In this document: positions 55,363-64,000 of the stretch, one piece after another
Position numbering within the stretch: position 1 is the first letter of the stretch
Layout: every line of letters starts with the position of its first letter
Origin: Amoebidium appalachense
Taxonomy: Eukaryota > Protista > Ichthyosporea
Length of the DNA stretch: 64,000 nucleotides
Assembly (NCBI GenBank): GCA_963693365.1
Contig: CAVNZM010000006.1
Span: 992,001-1,056,000, forward strand
Reading direction: 5' to 3'
The notes under the pieces: generated by a model
What the model saw: the letters and a program-made list of their open reading frames with translations, nothing else
Databases searched by the model: none
Told to the model about the DNA's origin: nothing
Position numbers and translations under genes: made by a program

Positions 55363-56429
55363 TTTGTTTGTTTGTTTGTTTGTGTGTGTGTACTTAACGG
55401 GTGAGGAAGGAGGTGCTGGAGGCTTGAAGAGAGGAGGAGGGGTTATGAGTGTGTTGGGCGCGGAGGTTGATCCTAGGACGGAGGGAACAACGAGGGGGAC
55501 GGAAAGTTTGGGGTGAGGGCGAGTGTGGTCGCAATTTCTTATATATGGGTAGTGTGGTGAAGCTTTCTGCAGGTCAGGCTGTGCCAGCCACACCGAGGAG
55601 CGGCAAAACCATACCTACAAAACAGGGAGCGCAGGGGCCATGCATGCACACTCTTTCAGTACGCGATTATTTCACAAACCAATAGGCCCCAAATGGGTGC
55701 GAAGGTGCCAACGAGAATATGACGATTGGCCCCACGGTGGGAGTCGAGCAGACCTATGCACTTTTTAGAAGGCTGTGTTACGGTCGGGGTGCCAGTCACC
55801 AGCCAAGTGTTTTGACGCTGCATGTGCAGAAGTTGCAGTGTAACTTCTCAGTGTAAGCAAAAGGGAAAGGAGCACGGGTGTCACAGGGGACAATATAATG
55901 AATCAAGGTGCATGCTGGGTGTCTTCCCTAAATTACAACTGCTATACTGGTATATCCAAAGGTCACCGGCAGCACGAAGTGTATTTATTGAAATTTGAAA
56001 ACTTGCCGATAGCACAGCTAACGGGATAACATTCTGCCCAGTTGACATACATACAACATTGGCCCAACGCTAAAGTTTAATCGCTTAGACCCAGCCAATG
56101 ACGAAGATATATAAATACTTTAACAACAAAACGGCCAGAAGACCAACTACTGCAACATGGAAACCTCTTTTACCTGCCTAATAGTCAGATAACGACACAC
56201 ATGTTTGGCTAGGAGGAAGTATGAAACCACACACAAAGGAACAATAAAACTTTTCTGCTTTTAGTTAGCACGTCTCGGAGCACCGTAGTGCGTCACTCCC
56301 GTTTTAAAACCCAGTAATGATAAATCTGTACTTGTGTGCGTCCAAACTCCATTCGTAAACCTACCTAATTGCACGTCAAAGACTGCCTTGGTAAGGAAAA
56401 AGGTGAAAAAAAACACACACATGTACCCT

Positions 56430-56825
56430 CTACATGGGCATGGGCTCTGGTTCGGGCTCCTCCTGCTCGTCAGCAGGTGCCTGGCCAAGTGCAAAGTCCT
56501 TGTCTCCCTCGTCTGCCAAGTCCACATCTTCCTCCGGGTCTGTATCGTCTATAAACTCCTTCGCATTCACAGGTCCCTCTAGTTCTGCATCTGGTGCCTT
56601 GAGTGTTACTTCACGCTCTGCTCTGTCTGCCTGCCTGCGCTCTTTAGCACTGCGCCACAGCTTGAATTCTTCGTCGATGTCTAGGTCTCCATCTAACGGT
56701 GCCTTTAACACCGGCTGGTTTGTGTGTTCGTTGGCTGCTACCAGACCCTCTGAGTCTATGCGTGCAAGGGGAAGGGCTATGGCTACTGCAGCGAGCGCAA
56801 GTGCACCTATGCTTGCAAACTTCAT
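56430..56825 (-). CDS. Small secreted acidic protein, 131 aa, unknown function
   Basis: Signal peptide MKFASIGALALAAVAIA followed by a D/E-rich mature region; intronless and non-repetitive. Confidence 0.7.
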   Translation of the reverse strand: MKFASIGALALAAVAIALPLARIDSEGLVAANEHTNQPVLKAPLDGDLDIDEEFKLWRSAKERRQADRAEREVTLKAPDAELEGPVNAKEFIDDTDPEEDVDLADEGDKDFALGQAPADEQEEPEPEPMPM

Positions 56826-57901
56826 GTTGTCAGTGAGACTCGTAACCGAGGATGGTTTTTTTTTAACAGAAGACTGTACACGATGTTTGTGATTGGCTCT
56901 AAAACGGAGCACAAGGTAATGTGCGTAAGTGGATATTAGGGTAAAAGTAGAGTGATAGCGTAATGCAAGACCAAACGGTCCGCTTAGCCTTTAACTCAAC
57001 TCTTTGCAAAGAAGACCTACAAGGAGACCTCGTACTATGAAAAAATAATGAAGTCAGAGACAAATTCGTTCCTCTTTCACGCTGACGCTGTGCTCTGTGT
57101 GCGGCAGTCGCAACTCGCAAGTGTGAACAAGTTGTGCGGGCTGTCATCAACTGTGGCATGCAGATTATTGCGAACATCCAATCATCTTCCTGTTGCCGCA
57201 TTCCTTTAACTCCCTGTTATGCAAAAGTTTGCTCACTTCTCACACTCGCAGAATGCAGATAGATAGAGGAGATGGAGAAAGGTACGCCTCTGACGATATG
57301 ATTTATATAAGCTACTTTAATAAAATAAAGAACACCAGAACTCTTATTACAGTATTCACGTCTGCCATGTCAGCGAAGTGCGCACTGTGACACTGTGTCA
57401 AGACCGCTCAGCTAAGTCTGGCTTAGACTGGCTAACGTAATTTGTGACTTGAAGAAATCCAATTGGCTGCATTGAATGCTTAAAAAGTTTTTGTGAGTTT
57501 AAGATCACATTTCTATTTGCTGTTGTCGACCAATCAATGAACGATGAGTCCATGACATGCGTATATAAAGGCGGCCACGATCATCACTCCGTCACACAAC
57601 TTGAATTAGTTCCAAGCCTTTTTTTTTTTGAGAGCATAGCGAGACCCCAAAAACGTGATACAGTCCCAAGGCTTTCTTCTTCTGTGCGGTTACCTCAAGT
57701 TATGCAAATTCATACGCTGTGCTACACTGAGTGTAAATGATTTAGGGCTTTAAGAGGTCGACTCGGCAGACTTTGGGTGTTTTTTATGCGCAGTGACTAA
57801 AAGTAATTTCAACTCATTCGTGTGCCCTTTTTGACTGAGTTTTTTTCGTGGACCCAGCCAAAATCTTGAACTCTACGTTCGAAGTTCAAGTGAACAGCAA
57901 G

Positions 57902-58405
57902 ATGTCTGCACTCACGCCCTTTGCTCTTCGTGTGGGTGGTGGTGTGAGTGGTGCAAGGTTTTTGCGCCATTTTTCTCTGGGCTTTTGCATGGGCGCAGGG
58001 CTCATTTCCAGTCGCTTCCACGGCCATGCTTTATTGCTGAGAGGTGTGCACACCGACACTACAGAGGGAATGTCCGGAGAGAACATGAACGGGTAAGTGG
58101 ACGCAGTTGTATATGTCCATTTATGAAAAGAACTTAGACCATGTTCATTGGCATTCAGCATTCAGCCCGCCAGTAATTTCACTTACCACACAACAATTAA
58201 TTTATGATCTGCTAAAAAGTGTGCGTGTGTGAACCAATTTTTTTCGCTAACCTCTTTTTACTCAGGTCAGGTGAATATGATGATCTGATACTTTTTTTCG
58301 CCAACCTCTTTTTGCTCAGGTCAGATGAATATGGTGATCTGATACTTGAAGGGCTCCAACTAAGTTATTATGTTTTGTTTTGTTTACTCTAGGTGAAGGG
58401 GGCCC

Positions 58406-58446
<41 letters not shown>

Positions 58447-60710
58447 AGCTGTGGGTGGGTGGGTGGGTGAGTGGGGGGGGGGGGGGGGGGGGGGGGGGTA
58501 TACTTGGGAAGCAAATGGATCGGGGATTATAGGGAGGGGACTGGGAGGTAGGTTCAACGGTTGGCCATTGGGATCACAGGAAGTGAAGGGGAAGGGATGT
58601 CAAGGGAGGGTGAGCAGATGGTTAAGTTAACCAATACCGGAGAAGAAATTGTCAGATCTTGCATGCCGTAGCAACCTCAAAACGAACCGAATATCGTAAC
58701 ACCACCACGGTCATGGTGTATCAGCCCAATGAGGCTCATTTTTGCATGTGCGCAGGGAGCAGGGGGGAGCTACCGAAAGAATCCCCAAGGTGCTGGAGAA
58801 GGATTTGACGGACGAGGAGAAAGAGGTAAGTAAGGGATGTATAGGCGGGGAATTTTCCAATCCCCTCCCCCCTCCCTCATTTTATTGTAATCAACCCTCC
58901 CCCCCCCCCGCCCCCCCCTCCCCCCCCGGAGGGGCATTTTTGATATTTCGCAAGATTTTTCTCTAACTCTTACAGATGCCGTCCGCCATTAAGAAACCCC
59001 CCCAAAACATGGTCGCGGTGCATATTCTTAAAGTTTTTGCATGGCCGCTATCATATTCTTAAATGTCACGGGACCCCCCCCCGGGGGGGGGGGGGGGGGA
59101 GGGGAGGGGAGAGGGGGAGGAGAGGGAAGGGGGTGGTGGTGGTGGTGGGGGGGGGGGGGGGGAGGGGGGGGAAGGAGGGAGGGGGGCCGGAGGGAGGGGA
59201 GGGGGGGGGGGGGGGGGGGCAGCTGGGTGGGGAGGGGGGGGGGGGGGGGGGGGGGGGGAGGGGGCATGAGTATGCATGATCCAGCTAAGTTTATAGCTCA
59301 TTCCGCCATTAAGAATATCCCAAAATCTGGCTGCGGTGCATATTCTTAAAAAAAAAAAAAAAACGGACTTGGCCGCTAGCGTATTCTTATGGGCGGGTAT
59401 TCTTAATGGTGGACGGTACCTGTAAGGCATGGCCCGGTGGTGGATGTACATGTGCGCACATGTTTTTTAGGTGGTTATATTCGGCGACATTGGAGTGCAT
59501 GTGCAGGTTGGTGCGTACCGAGCTTTTTAGAGTAGAAAGGCCGTACACTTTCCACTCTTAAGCACATAAACTAATTAGTTACTTGATTGTCCGAGGGGTT
59601 TCTATGCAGTTCATATTTTTCCCCTCTATATCTGGTACCCCTGCCTATCACTAACACGTGGTTTTTTTTTTTGTTTGGCCACAGGTGAAGAGGGCGTTTG
59701 TGGAGGCTGTGCAGTCTGAGTGCGAGGCAGCAAGCACAGACCACATGCACACAGACATCCCAAACATCCCCTCCGCCATGCGCAGGTAGGGCTCAATAGT
59801 CGCATTATATTCAATAAGTTATTGTCGGTGAAAAAAAATCGTAGCCCCGTTAATTGCATGTGACTCAAGAGGTGCTTTGCTTAGCCTGTCAAACATGAGC
59901 TGCTTCTCTCTTTTGCCTGCTGCAAGTTGGTAAGTATGGCCTGTTTTTTGGAGTGATGACCGGGGGATGTGATTGTGAGGATTATTGTCTGGTTCGATAT
60001 TTTTGCGGCGATCTTTTTAACGGTAATGTCGGTTTGGGTTTGTTTTGACCCAGGCGTAGCCTTGGAGCGGGTAACCTCTAGCTAGCAGAGAGAGACTTTC
60101 GGGGAGGGAGGGAGGGGGGGGGGGGAGGGGGGGGAGTGTGTGTGTGCGCGCGGGCGTGCGTGAGAGAGAAAGTGTGTGTGTGTCACGCGCGCGTGCGTGT
60201 GGTTTGTGTGTGGGTCGCGGCGTGCTACCGAGGGATTTTTAGTGCGAGTATGCTCGTGTACACGTATCTACCTGTAATTTTAGCTGTTTTGGGGGGGGGG
60301 GGGGGGGGAGGGGGGGGGGGGGGGGAAGGGGGGGGGGGGGGGGAAGGGGGCATGGGTTGGATTTTTCCTTTTGTTCTTTCCTTGCTCCCTCCCCCCCACC
60401 CCCACCCCCCTCCCAGTCTTACCCTTCCTTCCCCCCCCCCCCCCCCCCCTCCTCTTCTTCAAAGTTGTGTGTGGGGGGTTTTTTTTTATCTTCAAGAGTC
60501 ACGCGTATTCGGCCGCGGCGGGGAAGGGGGGGGGAAAGGATTGCTGCTGTCAGTAAGCTGCTGATTGAATTCAACACTGCATACAACAACATAGCACTAA
60601 CGCTAAAAACATGCAGGAATCGGCACAATGGCGACGAGAAGGTTATTGAAGAGTTCAAGAAGGTTGTGCATGAGGGCACAAAGAACACCATTGACGTGCC
60701 CCCCAATTGA
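57902..60710 (+). CDS. Hypothetical protein (~191 aa) with a mitochondrial-type presequence
   Basis: Phase-consistent exons 57902-58092 (gg|gtaagt), 58756-58825 (|gtaagt), 59685-59785 (ag|gtaggg) and 60497-60710. N-terminus MSALTPFALRVGGGVSGARFLRHFS is Arg-rich and lacks acidic residues. Confidence 0.6.
58973..59422. mobile_element. MITE of Tc1/mariner-pogo type, intronic
   Basis: ~24-bp TIRs cagatgccgtccgccattaagaa / ttcttaatggtggacggtacctg with 3 mismatches, flanked by TA on both sides. Internal repeats ccgccattaagaa and gcggtgcatattcttaa. Confidence 0.8.
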
Positions 60711-60727
60711 TGGAGGAACCGTGGCCG

Positions 60728-60830
60728 TGCTATATCTTGCTATATCTTGCTATCCTTGCGTACACAAGGATCTTGCTATATCTTGCTATATCTTGCTATA
60801 TCTTGCTATATCTTGCTGGTTCTTGCTATT
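60728..60830. repeat. 10-bp tandem repeat (gctatatctt)n
   Basis: About 7 copies immediately 3' of the stop at 60710. Confidence 0.85.
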
Positions 60831-61932
60831 TCTCACGTTTGGTGGGTTTGGCGAAGGCTCCCGTTATCAGTAAATTATTCAGATAGAGCAATGTGGTGGG
60901 TGTATGGAATTTAGGGCGGAGTGACCCAAATTGTTTACATTAGGGTATTTTGTATCTGTGGTCGGATATGATGCGCAGCATGCGGAAGGCTTTCTAAGTA
61001 GCACTCCCTATTCAGGATGCCTTTAAGTTACTCGTCACCAAAAAGATATGACGGCCTGAACTCTTTTGTGTTGTTCTTGAAATACGAGATATATATCTCG
61101 AGATGAATTGTGAATATCAACTACGGTTGAACATCAGGAGACTATGGAAAGCCAAGTTGAAGCTGCCACACTGCTCAATAAAGTGGTTGGATTTCGCTTT
61201 TCAAATGCTCTTAGTTTCTTTTATTTTTTTTTAGTTGCTAGTTGTCCACATCAACAATGGCATGTCCAGCTATGCACAATAATCCATACACTGTCGTTGG
61301 CTGCAAATCATGCGCACAAACTGAGTGTCTCTGAGCTTAGCTTAGCCTACCCACCACCGAGTATATGGCTGGAGATTGTGTCCGTGCACGTGCAAACTAC
61401 TGGTACGCGTATACTGATCATCATGAGTTAGATCTCAACCGCTCCGGTTGCTTCCCCCCCCCCCCCCCCCCCTTCCCCCCCCTTCCCCCCCCCCCCCCCC
61501 CCCCCATCCACCCTCCTCCCCTCTTTGCCATTACGCTTCCACCATCCCTTTCCACCCCCCTGCAAATGGACTGGTGAAATAAACTCTCTGCGCATCCCCC
61601 CCCCCCCCCCCCCCCCCCCCCTGCCTCTTCCCCCCCCCCCCCCCAACCCCCCCCCCCTCCCCTGCCTCCCCCCCCCCCCCCCCTCCCAATCCCCCCCCCC
61701 CCCCCCCAAAAAAAAGAAAAAAAATATCCACCCGCCCAGCTCCAATCCCAACCCCAACGAACCCTTACGGTCACCCCAAACCCTCAGACATTTCTTATAT
61801 TAGAGGCAAGTTGCCTCTTCCTTCTATTACTATACACAGTCTACTAATACATACATAGTGTGTGTGTGCTTCGAAGAGGGCCATACATGTCGAGATTGAA
61901 TGTATCCCTCTCTCCGCCGAATTCCGGCGAGC

Positions 61933-61966
<34 letters not shown>

Positions 61967-62821
61967 CCCCCCCCCCCCCCCCCCTCCTCCCCCCCTCCCC
62001 TCCCCCCCCCCCCCCCCTCCCCCCCCCCCCCTCCCCCCCTCGCCCTCTTTAAAACTCCGGGCCTTCCCTATCTCCCTTCCCCTATCCTCCCCTCCTCCCC
62101 CTCTCCCTCCCCCTTCCCCTCCCTCCCCCCTGCTCTGCCCCCGGCCGGGCCGCCGGGCCGCCGGGCCGCCAGCCTCTCAGCTCGCCCGGACTCCGGGACA
62201 ATGTGACCCTGAGGGGCCCATTGTGTCCTCATTCGTTCTGAAGTATTTCTCCCGTGCAAGGCAATTGTACCTGGCTATTTCCGCCATGGCGATGGCGTGC
62301 TAACAGGCATTTTGACATTGACGGCTGAGAAAGATGAATGTGAGCTTCCGAGCCAGGCCAAATTGTCGTTTGCCCGGCACAATGCAGTATATATATATTC
62401 AAAGCTCTATATAGCCTCTAGACTTACGAAAACGTGTGAGCTAATACGTAAACCGTTTAGGCAGGCCGGCGAGCTATGTAGGCCCTAAGGGTCCATAACG
62501 GTTACGCCTGATGGTGATATCACTTTGACGAAGATAGAAACTATTGGATTTAGTTCCAGCTATTGGGCTTTACCGTTGGTGGTCACCTGCTTATCTCTTT
62601 TTGATTCGTAAAATATCATGTATATAAGCTTGCTCACTCAGGTCACCTCACTCTCGGAGTGACCACATGTACATGTTTCGTGAATTCGGCACATGCACAC
62701 ACTCACTCCCTCAAACAGACAGTTTAGACTGTAGAGCAAGATCTTGCCAATATTCTTGTTGTGTAGCTCTATGGCAGGAAGGGTATATTGAGAGTAGAGA
62801 AGCCGCAGGGCACACACAAGC

Positions 62822-62947
62822 ATGGCTAAGCAGCATAAGCGCTGGCGGAAGGGCCAGAGCAGTAGCAGCAACCCTGAAACGACCAAGTTCAGAGATGCAG
62901 CAAAGAAGAACGCACACAGGGCGGCACCGGAGGACAAGCCTCAGAGG
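62822..62947 (+). CDS. RRP12: RRP12 (ribosomal RNA processing protein 12), first coding exon; gene continues beyond the window
   Basis: MAKQHKRWRKGQSSSSNPETTKFRDAAKK resembles the animal RRP12 N-terminal motif KRWKKGHSSDSNP...RHRQAAR (recalled). Donor agg|gtgcgt. Not in the supplied ORF track because it is under 60 aa. Confidence 0.75.
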
Positions 62948-63465
62948 GTGCGTTCAAAGCTTAGTGTTGGTGTTGAAACGCGCTAAGGTAGCATTGTTTA
63001 CATGTATGCGACATTGAGTAACACCATGTTGGTACATTAGTGAGGGATGATCGGGGGGGGGGGGGGGGGTTTGGCTTGTATGAGTTGGCTGTCATGGTTG
63101 ACAACCTTAACGTAATACTACATCTATGCCGGTGGACACGAACGGACACGTGTCTTGCACGAGTGCACGTGCACACTCAGATAGTGCGGACATGAACATC
63201 TGCAAACAGACACACACGGACGCACACATGCTCTTGCTCACCCTGCACACGCACGCCCACACACCCACGCTGGCACACACACCTACACGCACCTGTATAC
63301 ATGGTTCTTGCACATGCACACACACACACACACACTTTCAAGGCACACGCCCACAAAAACAGTCACGCGCGCACATGCACGCGTGCAAGTGCACACATAC
63401 TTGCACCGACACTTACACAGATATTCGCTTAAACAGTCACACGCACATGCACGGACACACGCACA

Positions 63466-63530
<65 letters not shown>

Positions 63531-63935
63531 ACACGCGCGCGTGCGCTCACACACACACACACACAGTCGCAGTACAACTACCCACCCACCCTCCCACAAA
63601 CACCACACACACACACATGCTCACCTACAAACATGCACACATGCTTCATACACAGACTCACATGCACACACACTCAGGTAAACAAACACACACTGACTTG
63701 CAGATTGCAGGCGCACACACCAGCAGCTCTGTTTCCCCCTTGCACCCACACCCACACCCACACCCACACCCACACCCACACCCACACCCACACCTACACC
63801 CACACCTACACACACAACACACACACCAACACTCACACCTACACGCGCTCGCGCTCGCGCTCACACTTGCACTTGCACTTGCACTTGCACTTGCACATAC
63901 AAACACACACACACACACACACACACATGTACACA

Positions 63936-63981
<46 letters not shown>

Positions 63982-64000
63982 GCACACACACACACACACA

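Noticed and set aside
59830-59860. LTGLRFF peptide resembling a UDP-glucuronate epimerase motif
   Set aside because: Isolated 7-residue match on the antisense strand of an intron with no flanking similarity.

Overview
Intron-rich eukaryotic DNA, probably from a unicellular opisthokont or holozoan. This is an inference from the animal-like USP7, CTL2/4/5 and RRP12 sequences. Introns are saturated with poly-C/poly-G tracts and (CA)n/(GA)n microsatellites, so most ORFs in the supplied track are low-complexity artefacts. By manual splicing (GT-AG, phases checked) I reconstruct: a 22-exon minus-strand type II membrane protein (~1190 aa) fusing a degenerate UDP-glucuronate 4-epimerase-like domain, lectin/EGF-like modules and a C-terminal GT8 glycosyltransferase; a hypothetical membrane protein; a 12-exon USP7; a 17-exon SLC44/CTL transporter; an OXLD1-like gene; a small secreted acidic protein; a hypothetical protein with a mitochondrial-type presequence; and the first coding exon of RRP12. 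Main non-coding signals: (1) a dispersed intronic element family with a fixed TTCAAA+poly-C end, variable 5' truncation and a ~155-nt covarying, pseudoknotted RNA structure; (2) repeated tandem duplication of splice sites, including a 10-copy minisatellite built from branch point, AG and exon start; (3) a TA-flanked MITE; (4) a 64-bp structured satellite. No database searches or folding programs were run.
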